Of a stretch of 64,000 nucleotides of DNA, positions 25,243 through 38,461 are shown in pieces (the first letter of the stretch is position 1; each line of letters starts with the position of its first letter). The DNA lies in assembly GCA_951406725.2 (NCBI GenBank), contig OX597824.1:73966001-74030000 (forward strand), read 5' to 3'. Position numbers and translations under genes: made by a program. Source of the DNA: Octopus vulgaris (lineage: Eukaryota). The notes beneath the pieces were generated by a model. That model was not told the origin of the DNA and did not search any database. It saw only the letters and a list, made by a program, of their open reading frames with translations.

Positions 25243-26410
25243 TGGTATCCCAAAAAATGTATACACATTTTAACAGCTGATAATTCAATTTTCGTTTCTT
25301 TTAAATTTAACCAATTAGAAATAATGAATGAAGCCAAACTAAGTTTTGAACAAAGAAAAGTTCAGCCCAAAAAGTTCTACTAGAAGATTAAAAATGCAGT
25401 CAAAGTTCAAAGACAAGTGCAAAACCAGTTTAAGAGGGTATTTCAAATAGATCTATCTACATGACTTGCCATCAATTAAATAAGAGATAAGTTTGAAGGA
25501 AGAAATGTTCTGGAAAACTACCGGCATTGATGAGCTCCACAAAGCTAGAAGAGGTACTGTAAATCCTCAAGTATAGTCCACCCTTGAGTATAATACGCAG
25601 GGGATTTTTAGGAGGCTGTACCTCTGAAAAACCTAAACTTTGTGTATAATACGCACCCCTTCTCTAACTTGAGTCAAGGAGGTCTATATAACGTCCTTGG
25701 TTCGTAAAAATGTATACGGTAACGTCCTTTATTATTATTGTACATATAACATAATGCAAACGTGTAGCTTTTTTGTGTATTTTGCTTGCAGAAAATAAAG
25801 AAATAACAGTAATAACGTTTAATAAATGTTGCTTACTGCAAGTTATGGATGATTCTTTTAGGACTTCATTGCTTTCAGGCTTAGCTTAAGGTATTTTTGC
25901 GCCCAACATCACAAAATGTGCCTGAATAAACATTGCCGGACAGCAAATGGAAACCTGGACATTGCTTAGAAAATATTTTTCATTTTTAACCTCGTATATA
26001 GTATGCACTAGGGATTTTGACCATTAAATTTTGGGGGAAAAATGCGGATTATACTCAAAGATTTACAGTATTAGAAACATATTGCAAGATTTCAAGAAAA
26101 TTTATGGAGCAAGTGAGTCACGAGATAGGAGTTTTTAAATCAAGTGCTTATTGCATTTTCAAGCACTGTCATTGGAAAAAGTTACATTCCAAGAATAGTC
26201 CATGCTCTCAGTGAAGGTGATCCAGATTAAAGAGGAGTATTTTTTCACATGGTACTTGGCAAGAAGTTTAGAAGATACTTTCCAACGAAGATTGTTTGGA
26301 GCAACGAGGCAACATTTAAATTAAATAGCTCAATTACCACAAATACACCAACCAAGGACCTGAAAATCTGTATGTTACAGAGGAACATCATGTTAAATTT
26401 CCAGGAGTTT
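25243..26410 (+). pseudogene. Decayed IS630-Tc1-mariner transposase (N-terminal HTH to first catalytic Asp), interrupted by a MITE
   Basis: MNEAKLSFEQRK..FY*KIKNAVKVQRQ..IRDKFE, then LETYCKISRK..SSAYCIFK..FPTKIVWSNEATFKLN (WSDEATF-like). Removing the MITE restores GAA GAG GTA TTA GAA ACA. Confidence 0.8.
25557..26068 (+). mobile_element. pogo/Tigger-type MITE, 512 bp, TA TSD
   Basis: TIRs ctgtaaatcctcaagtatagtcc / ggattatactcaaagatttacag; TA at 25555-25556 and 26069-26070. Confidence 0.9.
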
Positions 26411-28152
26411 TATATATATATATATATATAATGTGTGTATGTGTGTGTTACTGTCTCATTCCTTGACATAATGTGATAGTTGGGCATGTCACCATCATAG
26501 GGTTTATTTCCAGTCTTCCATGAAAACATTAACTTACTTACAAACATACAGGTTAGCAACATGAAAGGCAGCAGGTGGTGCAAAATTTGTTTCATCGAAT
26601 TTCAGATGACTCATATGACTCCGCCTGATTAGGGTACACCAGGCATATGCATCACAACTGTATGTGCACAACATGGTGACCTCATATCAAAATAAACAGT
26701 GCATGGCTTTGCAGGTGGAGCCCAGTTAGAATTTTCTTCAAGTCAAGTAGCCCATCCTGCTCAAAAGGTCCCTGAATAAATGTTTAAGGATGATGAACAA
26801 AACACCTATGTTTCCTGAGGTGAATTATTCAAACCTCAAATAATCCCATCAACTCATAGCTATGAAGCTCCCCCACTACTCCTGCTTGTAATCAGAGATG
26901 CATGTTTCATTAACCATTAAGGGACATGCTCAACTGGTTAAGGTCAAGCGACTGATAAGCAAATCTGTGCTATTGAGCAGAATAGTTGCTGTGGTTCTTT
27001 TACATCAAGACAAAATATACCTGTTAACAGATCCAATCTATAAAGATCAGAAGTCATGAGAGTCGCTGCCTGGTATTGCATCAGGCAGTTTATGATTATT
27101 ATTATTTACATATGAAAGTGAATTATAATTACCTGCAATGTACTTATAATCTTATTTCTAATTGACAAGAAAATTATTTGTATATGCAATACTAGACACA
27201 ATTTTCCTCTAATCACTATATTACAGGTTCAAACCTGAAATGTCGATTAAGTTGTCACTGATCTTTCTGCTTGCTCCACACAAACAATGAATCATTAATT
27301 ATTCAAAACGCACATACAATTTTCCTATTACTAGCATAAGCATCACTAGCTATGGTTTCTTTCTCCTCACTACAGTGCAGGTTTTGAATTTGAAACATCA
27401 ATCAAGTTATTATTAAGTTAACCAAAACTAAATTTGTTGTAGGTGGTTTAATGGGTAACACCATGACTAATTTGCTAATTAATTTACCATTTCATTAATA
27501 GAAATTAGTCCATTGAAAAGAATCACTGAATGATCTCCTTCAAAGCTGCCATCAACAAAGAATGTTGTAAGGTATTGTGTTCCTTTATGATTCATGACAC
27601 TTGCATGTGTGAACAATTTTTTATTTTTTTAATCTAGTCAATAGATAGCCCTAGTGGTAAAGCTATTTTCCCCTGTACTGTGCCAAAAGCCTTTGGTGGA
27701 TTTCAGCCCCCAATACATATTGCATCCCACAGAAAATGGATTACAGAATGCATTTTTGGAGCAAACTGAAGCAGTGCAACTATTGTTATTGAAATAACAA
27801 TGACATTATTATTGGTATTCAAACTTGCAACAGGGTGAATACAGGGAAATATCTAGGAGTGTGCTCACAACTAATTTTCCTAGAATAATTTGTAAGTGCA
27901 AACAATAAATGACATCTTAATATTAGTACTAGCAGGCATATATATATAATTTATAATCATATGCACGTATGCATACACATATCCACAGGTATATGCACAC
28001 ATACACACACAAACATGCATATAATATATATATATATTCTCTTTCTCATATTTATTTATTATCAATAATAATAAAGGGTAAAATCAATTAATTTATAATT
28101 AATAATCTTACCAAGTTGGTCAGTATGTTACAAGAACCATTATCGGTAAACT

Positions 28153-28404
28153 TATACAAAGATTTTTATAATTATAAAAAATGATTATAATTAGGGTTTA
28201 GCAAAATTGCTTCACCACATACTGAAATTTAGAAATAGCAGTTAAATACTATTCTATGACCATAAGATATCTCCCAGACAGCTGTCTGGGAGATATGGTA
28301 GTAGAATAGTTTTTAACTGCTATTGCTAAATTTTGGTATGTGGTGAAGCAATTTTGCTAAACCCTAATTATAATTATGTTTATAATTATACAAATTTTTG
28401 TATA
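28153..28404. repeat. ~250-bp spacer-less palindrome
   Basis: Perfect 30-bp core atatctcccagacagctgtctgggagatat (28267-28296); arms pair with scattered mismatches out to ~125 bp. Confidence 0.9.
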
Positions 28405-28574
28405 TACACACACACATATTTTAAATACACACACAAACACATAAATGCAATTCTCCAAGATGCTTCAGCATGGAATCTTGAGCAAGTGCCTTCGACTAAA
28501 CCTCAAACTGGCCAAGACCTCATGAGTGGATGTGGTAAACAGAACATGAAAGATGCACATATACATTATAGTGT

Positions 28575-29600
28575 TCCCTGCTTTTGGATTGGATGAGCAG
28601 TGAGGAAATTGGTAGTAGAGCTTGCAAAAGCTGTGCAAGCCAAGTAGAGAGATGCAGTTAGCAAGGTAAAAGCTGATGGTAAATTCAGCAATTGATAAAT
28701 TGAGCATGGTGATAAACTGAGCAATTTATCAATTGGTGATAAATTGAGCATGAGTACATTAAGACTCAGTTCCCACCCCCTTCTGTTCAGTACAGCACTC
28801 CAAATCATAGTAGAGATGTTTGAGAACAACTGCCAATAGGGGCTCTTTTAAGCTGATGACCCAGCTCTTATAGCAGAATCAGTAGTGGAATTAGAAAAGA
28901 AATTTCAGGCATGGAAACAAAATATGAAATCAAAGAAACCCTCTCAAACTCTTAATAAGTAGAAAAGACAGAACCCTGTTACCACCAGGGAAATAAATAT
29001 TCTTGCTTGATATATAGGAAAGGGGTAGGTAGGAATTGTATACAGTGTACCCAGAGTAAACTATGAATGCACACGAGGTGCAATGAGATTGGTAACAGGC
29101 TAAAAGAGAAGGTAAACATTACATGCAGCAGGTGCAGGAGTAGTAAGTACTAAGAGCTCTTGCAAAATAGATTCCATGCAATACCCAGAAGGCTATCAAG
29201 AAGTTGACAGTATCTGTTATCAAGGAGACCTAATTAGCAATGAGATAGTAGGTTATGGGAAAACTTAGTGACCATTGTAAGAACCAGTTGGCAATAGCTC
29301 AGGAAGCTGTTACTTCTGCTGGTAACAAAGGGCTTCTCCCTCAGTACAAAGTATGTTGCTGCATGCTAGTGAAACAGCCATAAAAACAGAGGATCTGCAC
29401 AGACTAGAGAAACAAGCATGCTTCATTAGACGTGTAATACGAGTGTACATGAATGAAAGAACACAATCTGTGAGAAAAAACTGAACATTAGAGGAATAAG
29501 GTGTGGGTGCAAGAGATAAAACTTGATGAGAAAATACGATGAGTATGGAGGAGGGCAGCTGTTTGAAGATGTGCCATGCACTCAGAATAGAACCTGGTGG
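28575..29600 (+). pseudogene. Decayed RTE-clade LINE reverse transcriptase fragment with Cys-rich insert
   Basis: AVQAK*RDAVSKVK; ADDPALIAESVVELEKKFQAWKQNM (YADD box); CLIYRKGVGRNCIQCTQSKL*MHTRC. Confidence 0.8.
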
Positions 29601-29849
29601 ATTTTTGTTACGTTATTTTTATTACAATTTACAAGTAAAATATTCCCTAAAACCCAAACATTTCTAACAAAGGAAGGTATTTTTATGGGATTCTACATGC
29701 ATTGATTGATTTTTTAAAACATGGAATGGGGTGCGAATCTAAACTACTTTATTATTTTCGTTTTGTATCTTCAAATTGTAAAAAAAAAAAATAGATTCAC
29801 CAAGAGTTAAATATGTGACAAGGACAGGTAGCTAACAAAAAAAAAAAAA

Positions 29850-30810
29850 GGTCGAAACAGGAGGTGGATATACTATTTTGAGAATTTCTCAAAATAGCTA
29901 AGATAATAGCGTTGCGACAGATAGGGAGCCTAGAAAAGCTGCGAGTTACTCCCCTTATTAATGAGGCTAACAGCCAGGTTTGGCACCGGATGATATTCTT
30001 TGTAATATTCGTTCCGGCTCTATTTAGACGTTTTGAGTTCAAATCCTGCCGAACTCAACATTGCCTTTCATCTATTAGGAATTCTACATATATATATATA
30101 CTAGTTTAGTGGTGTATGATTTTTAGCATCATCTTTCAAAATTTTATCGCATCTCGAAATTTAGCATATTTTTAACCCATTCCTGTAATAGCTATGATCC
30201 TTTTTCATAATACGAATACTTGCTGATGTTCAGAGTACAAGCTTTGAATCACAGTTAATCTACTTTATTTTCTTAAAGTAGATGAAAACGCAAGCAGCCC
30301 TTACATTATTTTTAGATATAAAAGCATGCAGAGATTCTGGTCTTGACAAAAAAAAATAAATAAAAACTTGAAAGGAGACAAGATTTTATCACTGCCAAAA
30401 ATATAGTCCCCACCACCACCAATGCATGCATGCATACATACATACGAACACACACATTCCTTTTGAGTTTGTTGCCCAGGCCTCTCTAATCGGATGGTTT
30501 GTCCTCCGGCTGATGCAAACGGAAAACCCCATCTCCTCACTAGTAAGTCTACCTCATACTCCATCTACCATGTGTTGTGTAGACTGGCTGCGCGCCAGCG
30601 CTTAAAGAGTAGTAATTGCTGGGTTTTCTTATTACACGGGTGAATCATTTCATGCTCTTCCTTATTATAACGATATTGGTGTATCTCGTACGAAGAGCTT
30701 TGCTTTGTCAGTTTTAAATTATAGTGAGGTGCATATTCCCAAAATGTGGGTTGCGATTGGGAAAATAAAAACGTGCAGCCCAATTTTGACTAGCTGACAC
30801 ACACACACAC

Positions 30811-30851
<41 letters not shown>

Positions 30852-31000
30852 GTAGTGACATAAAGCACGCGCTGAACACAATTGCTGAAAGATTGTCAGG
30901 CGCACATGTGTCATAGTGACATTGAAGAATGCAGAGAGAAAGAAAAATGTTTACAGACGACAGGTAGAGAATTTTCAGAGACAAAGCAGCAAATATGACC
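29850..31000 (-). promoter_or_regulatory. Candidate promoter/first-exon region at the CpG-depleted to CpG-normal boundary
   Basis: Unique, TE-poor, CpG-containing sequence (ctggctgcgcgccagcgc near 30585); possible minus-strand donor TTC|GTATGT near 30445; lies at the edge of the CpG-depleted domain. Confidence 0.35.
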
Positions 31001-34000
31001 AAATTGTTGTAGATTATGCTTTTATCTGATGATGCTGGTGGTGGTGGTGGTGGTGTCTAGCCCAAGGCTTTGTATTCTAAGTCTATTAACATCTAGAAAG
31101 TGATTTTTAAGGATATTAAAACTACCGTTAATAATTGATTGGATCAGAGATAAAGTTGACATAGGAACGATTCGAACTTGAAACGTAAAAGATCAGTAAT
31201 TAAACACAGGAAGGTATTTTGTCCGATGTTTAAATAATTTTGCCAATCCACCGCTGATTGGTCAGATGTATTAATTAAAGGCGTTCTAGTTGTGACCATC
31301 TCGTCTCTTATTTATTATTTTTCCTTTTCCGTGGAGTTTTCGGAATAAGCAACCCACCACCCCATCCCCGTAATGAAAACAGAATTCGTGATTAAAAGAA
31401 AGAAAAAAAAAAAGAATCACAATCGAAAAAGTTACAATCAGTGATGTGCTCCAAAACAGAAATGATGAGAAATGAGAAAAATATTTCAAAAAAAAAAAAG
31501 AAAAAAAAAAAATGTCGCAGAAGCTTAATTTCTGCTGCTTAAATCACTGAAATCCAAAGTTACGGGGGTGCGTTTATTCTGAAATTCAGCAGACAGCGAA
31601 CTACATTATTAAATGTTTCATTGCTTTTTCTAAGACAATAGAATGTCATTTAAGAGGGATTTGGCTGCTGTCGAGCAAGAAATAGCGATAGATAAGAACT
31701 GCCAATTATTGTTGATATTGTTAAATGCCAACACATAGCTAGGCACTTACAAGCACCTTAGACTTGCCCGAGACGATAAACACGTCACTCGCAATATCTA
31801 ATTTCGCGTATATCATTTGTATTTAGCTGTAAGAATTATTATGGTAACGAACGAATTCACACACACACCAGATCGACAACGGGCCCAACTAGTGGTTTTA
31901 TACTATAGAATTTGATGATCTAACCCTCCAGCATCTTTTATAACTGCTAGCAAAAGCGACCGCATTCTCTAAATTCGTATTCTACCATCTCAATAAGGGA
32001 AAGATACACTGGACCACGTAGTACAAGATATAAAACAAAAATAGCCAAGAATCAGACAAGGCTGACCTGGGGTTAGGTAACAAGTCAATGCAATAAAGAA
32101 GTGGGGTGGGGAGAGAAAATCGACCCTCAGACAAAAGATCTAGAACTACATTATCCAGTGTAAACATTCCGGTAAGGCACGATTTAATGGGGAAGGAGGC
32201 TTTGGTTGCTATTTCTAGCAAATCGAGCAACCACGTAGCGGAGTATATTCTTCATATACCCGTTCTGTCTATGATAGGTAGAAGACAGAACATGGAATTA
32301 GGAGCCTACATTTATTTCAAACCTTCCCTGCATGTATTTGTAGATACTAAGAATATATAAATACGCAATAAAATGGTGATTATGCACTCCATTTGTATCT
32401 AACATGTACACGGGGTTTCAATCATTATCTCCGATCGTCCTTAAGTGTATTCCTTCCTTATTCCTCGAAGTATATACATAGTCCTAGACTGGATTCGAAC
32501 TAGGAAACTTCTATAACGATAATTTCAATTTTTCCACATCTCACTTCCCACATCCGTAATCTCTTCTTTTTCAATAAAAGTTCTGGACTTCGTGGGGAGC
32601 ATATTTTCCAAAACTCCACCGTTCTTTCTTATCCACCAAACCACTCACCATCACCGTTAATTTAGAAATAAACGTTCCGAGTTCGAAAGAGGTATTAGAA
32701 AGACCACGAAGGCGGTGTTTGAGTTAACATTAAAGAATGGACAATGAGGGAGATGTTGGAAACCTGAAGTCAGATGGTGACCAGGGAAGATAGAAATAAC
32801 TGAGTACTTAACTCTTCTTTGAGTTTCAATGCAGTTTGGGACTATGTACACATCCAGCAAATATATATCGAACCGATCGATATATTATGTGATTGTAAAT
32901 ATACATTGTAAAGACGCGGTTAATATCCTGGAAAATTATTTCGGTAACAACTCTTGAGAGCTCAGTACTGTAACATTTCGTCTGTTATAATTCGGTTTAT
33001 ATTTATGATAAATTATAGGAATATAAACTGACAATACTTGAAAGTAAAGTTGAATTCAATAGCATTTGAACTCAGAGTGTAAAATGCGTTGCTAAACACA
33101 ATGAAGTATTTTGTACGCCACTCTCAGATTTTTTTTATTCCAGGTAAGCCTTGAAATGAAAAATTACTTAATAAAAGCAAAGCCGGACGATTAAAATAAT
33201 TCACTTTACAATCACTAGGCTTCGGGTTCGATCTCACCGATTGACATCTCATGCAAGTATGTGTGTGTGTGTTATCTTAGCCTCAGGTCGGATCTAGTTT
33301 CGTGAGGGAAGTTGGGCAGACAGAAATTGTGCAGAAGTTTGCCGGGTGGAAGGCTTCCCCGCAGTCTCACGCTGATCTGGCCTGCGAATCACGCTCAGTA
33401 TACGTTAAGGGTATACATAATTATGACCTTACTCGGCCACATACACTCCAATTCAATAAGCAGATTGATAGTCGTTCGAACTCAACACTCCATAGTCGAA
33501 AGTAACGGAAATTCATTAGATACTAAATGAATCTGCGATATAAAACTTTCGAACTAATTGTATGTGAAATTCAATGATCACTTTTATTCATTTATTTATC
33601 TATTTATACCCTTTGGCGATTCAATGTTAACTTTATACCACAAAATTAACAAATATTTTAAAGTCGCACAACAAACTCCGGGAGACGTGGAATGTTAGAG
33701 AAGACTAAATTTAGAAGACAAACTAACTAGTAAAAATGTTCCCTTGTTCACTATAACATTAAGCAGTCAAATATAGAGATGAGAGAGAGAGAGCAGATAT
33801 AAAATTTAGATTTTCGTTACATCTCTCACCAAATAAAATAATCTAAACAAATTATTGTGCATGGCTGCTTGATATTATTCAAACCTCACTACGAAAAAAA
33901 AAAGTTGCCGAAAAAACTTATGGGAAAGAATAAATGTTAACGAATGCATAGGGATATCTTAATTTGGGGGAAGAAAAAAAAATCAGCTATATATACAAGA

Positions 34001-35382
34001 CAGTACGTGGTATTCACGGTTATCCTAAGGCCGTTAGGTATTTAAGTGAAGTAAAATGGCTCCAACTGAGAGTCGAAACCTGATCGTAGTTTTTATTTCT
34101 CATCTTCTATCTTCTCGCTTATAAGCGTTTTTAAGACGATAACCTGTGCATGCATAGAGTTGGGGATACTTTATAAGCATGCAGAAAGAGATAGATGGCT
34201 TATTTTTTAAACCATTCGTAACAGATCTTCGGAAAATCCGCCAATATATGTGTGTAGTTGACTGTCGAAATCCAGTGACGACGTCAACTTCCTTCTTTGA
34301 TTGTGAGACTTCTTAGGAATGCGAACAAACCCCACAAGCCTTATTGCAGAGGGAGCATGAATGCGAAGGTGGTGACGGTAGTAATTAGGGCAGCCATGGT
34401 TGCATCAAGTGTGCATGCATCAAGTTGGGTAAGCAATCTCTAAAGCAAAAGTGTATGTATACATACAGGCATTATATATACAAACACACACAGGTATTAG
34501 GTACATATATATATACATGCACAGATATTACACGTATACAGATATATACACATGGATATTACACACGCACACACAACGTGTGTGTGTATATATAGGGAGA
34601 ATTCACCAAAAAAAAAAAACAGAAGACGAAGACAGGTGGTGTAGACAACTAAAGCATTTCTATTTACTATATATATATGTATGTATGTATGTATATTTTG
34701 TATGCTGGAGCGAAGCCGCAAGTTTTAAATTGAACGAAAAGTATTCGGGCCAGCACACACATAAAACAACTCACAACGAAGCACCTGCCTCTATCAACCT
34801 TGAATCGAGCGCCGCTGTTTATCAGTACCGAGTGGAAAGTGTTCAATGAAAACTTTCAAAATCAACACAACAAATGTCCCAGATGGACACAATAAGAAAT
34901 AATAAGAATCAAGCAGGAAGCTCACCTGGAATTTGCACATAATATGACGCAAATGCAAATAGATAAATAACAGACATACACCAGAGAAAGACATCTCTTG
35001 TCTTGCTGACTAACGCCATCTTCCCTCTCTCACTCTCACTCGCTTGCTCACACTCTCACTCATTAGCCTTCTTATTCCTCTCTCTCTCTCATTCACTTTT
35101 TAGTTTTCTTTCTCTTTATCTCGCAATTGCCCTCTCTCTATCTTTTAGTTATAAGCTTTCTTTTTTTCTCTCTAAATCTCTCTCTTACTCTTTAATCTTT
35201 TCCTTTTTCTTTTGCACTCTCACTTCTTTGCATTCCTTTTCTCTCTACTACTCTCTCTTTCACTCACTTGTTAGCTTTATTTATCTCACACTCATTTGAT
35301 CTCCCAATGTTTATATATACACATCTAGATAATCACTCCTCTCTCTGTCTCTCTCCCTCCATTAAAAATATATAAATATGTA

Positions 35383-35429
<47 letters not shown>

Positions 35430-36243
35430 ATAGCTACACATACACACGTACGGTGATTCCGTTACGTGTGTATGTATGCGCGCATATTTATAGGGAAAGA
35501 GGGGAAACTGTGCGTGTGCCTCTCTTCCTCTCTCATGTTTGAGTGCTGAGTGAAAGAGGAGGGAAGTTTAACCGACAATATAAAACGAAGTCGAAGTGAG
35601 AACGTGCGAAGGCGGAGCAGCGAATGCAAAGGAAAGGATGTTGCCTATATGTATACATGTTGCTGCGAGAGAGAGAGAGAGACAGACAGACAGGCAGGCA
35701 GGCAGACAAAGAGGATGGAAACTATGACGAAGAGGAGTTAAATATGTAGCGAAGAATATAAAAGCGAAAAGGAAATAATAGTAAATAGAAATGCTGTTTA
35801 ACCCCAAATCCGACATGAACACGTAGCTCTATGAATCATAAGTACTTGGAGCCATGCAGGTATTGTGCATGTGTAATTTTTCGGAGGGTAGCCGTGTTAT
35901 TTGAGGGGAAATTAAGCTGGTGCTTCAAGTAAATCGAGCGACCACATAGAAGCTCTACAATTTGCTTGTAAATATAATTGTTGTTATTAGACTCCCTGAC
36001 GACCCGGACTTATAATCATTTGTCGATGTAGCCACGAACATGCCGTTTGTATTTATTTTTATTTTGGAGTGAGGGGGGGGGGCACAGTACATCTATTACC
36101 ACATTATCCAATGCGTCTTTTTGTTTCTCAGAATTCAAAACGTAAAGACGGACGAAATGCTACTAAGCATTTTGTCCGGCGTGCTATAACGATTCTGTCA
36201 GTTCACCGCCTTATTGGCTCTGTATATTAAAAGTTGGCCAAGT

Positions 36244-36660
36244 TGGCAATCTTTCGTCTCTAGTAGACCTTTCCGTCGATTTCCGTAAAAAAATTTTTTT
36301 TTTACATATGGGCTTGCGGGAACTTTTGAAGTAATGAGAGCGAAAGAGACTAAGAGAAAGCGATTGTATGACGAGGGAAGTTCTTTTGAAGTTACCATGC
36401 ATGGGAAGCATTGATGTACATGTGTGTGTGTGTGTGTTTGATGGGGTGTGGGAGACAGACAGTATGTTGTGTAAGTGAAGTGCTTCTGTTAGTAGGTGTG
36501 AAGAGACAGAATAATGTGTGAAAGAAAGAGATAACTGAAATTTTTTACTTGGTGTATGTGTATGTATATTACTTCAAAAGTTCCCGCAAGCCCATATGTA
36601 AAAAAAAAAAATTTTTTACGGAAATCGACGGAAAGGTCTACTAGAGACGAAAGATCGCCA
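36244..36660. repeat. ~92-bp near-perfect inverted repeat (36244-36335 / 36568-36660), 232-bp spacer
   Basis: ctttcgtctctagtagacctttccgtcgatttccgtaaaa..tacatatgggcttgcgggaacttttgaagtaat and its reverse complement. Confidence 0.95.
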
Positions 36661-36694
36661 TAAAGGAATTTATTGGTTTTATATATATACGAAA

Positions 36695-36992
36695 TGGAGG
36701 CGCAATGGCCCAGCGGTTAGGGGAGAGGACTCGCGGTCGGAGGATCGCGGTTTCGGTGTGTGTTTATTGAGCGAAAACACCTAAAGTTCCACGAGGCTCC
36801 GGTAGGGGGTGGTGGCGACCCCTGTTGTACTCTTTCGCCCCAACTTTCTCTCTCTCTCTCTCTCTCTCTCTTCCTGTTTCTTGGGTATCGCGGCGATGGA
36901 CTGGCGTCCCGTCCAGGTGGGGGGAACACATACGCCCGAGAAACCGGGCCCATGAGCCTGGCTAGGCTTGAAAAGGGCGCATAAATAAATAA
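36695..36992 (+). mobile_element. S3 SINE
   Basis: tggaggcgcaatggccc head, gcgatggactggcgtcccgtccagg, (ATAA)n tail. Confidence 0.9.
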
Positions 36993-37257
36993 AATATATA
37001 TGAAATATTTCGCTTAGGCATTGCAAGACCAATATACGTATGCTTCAGAAAGAGGTGTTGGCTGAGTATTGAGTCGTAATATGAAAGAGAGATGACAAAA
37101 TAATAAATGATTATCTTATGAGCTTCGTTAGCTTAAAGTTGTTTCTGCAGTGGTTTCATAGTTGAGTGCCTGAATAACACCTGCGCTTCATAGCGACGAA
37201 GCTGTAAGGTATTAATTCAGGCACTCAACTTCTTCAATTATGACTCTTTCCACAACA

Positions 37258-37392
37258 CTAACCCTAAAACCCTAACCATAAGACTAACCCTAAAACCCTA
37301 ACCATAACGCTAACCCTAAAACCCTAACCATAACGCTAGCCCTAAAACCCTAACCATAATTCTAACCCTAACCTTAACCTAAACCGTAACCA
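37258..37392. repeat. Telomere-like (CCCTAA-derived) 26-bp minisatellite, ~4 copies plus degenerate hexamers
   Basis: ctaaccctaaaaccctaaccataa(ga/cg) repeated. Confidence 0.9.
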
Positions 37393-37814
37393 CAAGTATA
37401 GAAATGTTTTGAAATTTTTGTCCGAATCCTGATGTCCGTATTTTTCCGTATATTTAGAAAAGAAAAAATTCTTTAAAAAGATTTTACAAAGATTTTTGGA
37501 AATTTTTTTCAGAATCATAATTTCCGTGTTTTTCCGCATATTTTGGAGAAAAAAATTCTGAATAAAGTTTAAAATGAAGGAAATGGAGGTGGGGTGGTAT
37601 TTTAGAAATGTCGATTTCTGCCAATTTTTTTGCAGATTCGTATTCCCCGTAGCCGAAAAGGGGTGGGGGTTGTGTGAAAAAAAAAACGTTTTTAAAAAGG
37701 GTGGTTTTTGTGGGGGATGGACGGAAGTCTAGCCCCAAGAGTTTCATAAGCATGCATGAAACCCTCGGTCCTTGATTCACTTTATAACTTCTGCAAATGT
37801 ATGTATGTACATAC

Positions 37815-37851
<37 letters not shown>

Positions 37852-38214
37852 AAGTTTTACTATCGGGTGTATGCACAGTTGTTAAATTTAATTACACATT
37901 CTTTCGGTCTCTGATCACAAACTGAAAGTAGATGTAGAAATATTGAAGCTATTCGGCAATGTCCAGACGCCCCACCCTCTTTTTTTTTTTTTAAATATAT
38001 AAACAAATAAGATAAAAATTGTTTGGATTCCAATGTTTTCTACAACGGATATTACAATTTTGCAAAAAGGAAAAAAAATGCTTTTCAAATATTTCATTTC
38101 CAGCTCAAACCTGCACGCACACACACACACACACACACAATTTTATTTGTAACTTTTATGGGTTTTTTTTTGTTTTTTTGTACGTGAGGAATTTTACGTT
38201 TAAAAACTTTCTAT

Positions 38215-38428
38215 CTTTTACCTATTTTGGTCATTAAGCTAGAGCCATCCTGGAGTACTGCTTTGGAGGGTTCAATTGAATAAACCGACCTCGGTACTTA
38301 ATTTCTTTGGTATTTCAAGTCTAGTACTTATTCTATTGGTTCTCTTTTGCCGAACTGCTAAGTTACGGGGACATAGAAGCGCCAACACCGGTTGCCAATC
38401 AATGGTAGGACATACATACATACATACA

Positions 38429-38461
<33 letters not shown>

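Noticed and set aside
30301-30564. 87-aa minus-strand ORF (MEYEVDLLVRRW..) at the CpG boundary
   Set aside because: No recognisable homology, it runs into microsatellite, and splicing it to the 16277 acceptor gives immediate stops; kept only as a possible first-exon region.
30540-30590. Imperfect hairpin containing TGAGGTAG (let-7 seed) on the minus strand
   Set aside because: The rest does not match let-7 and the stem is short with mismatches; it would need small-RNA reads to support it.
32657-32875. Possible Penelope reverse transcriptase remnant on the minus strand (VRYI.., CPFFNV)
   Set aside because: Too degenerate to call by eye; a frameshift-aware profile search against Penelope RTs would decide.
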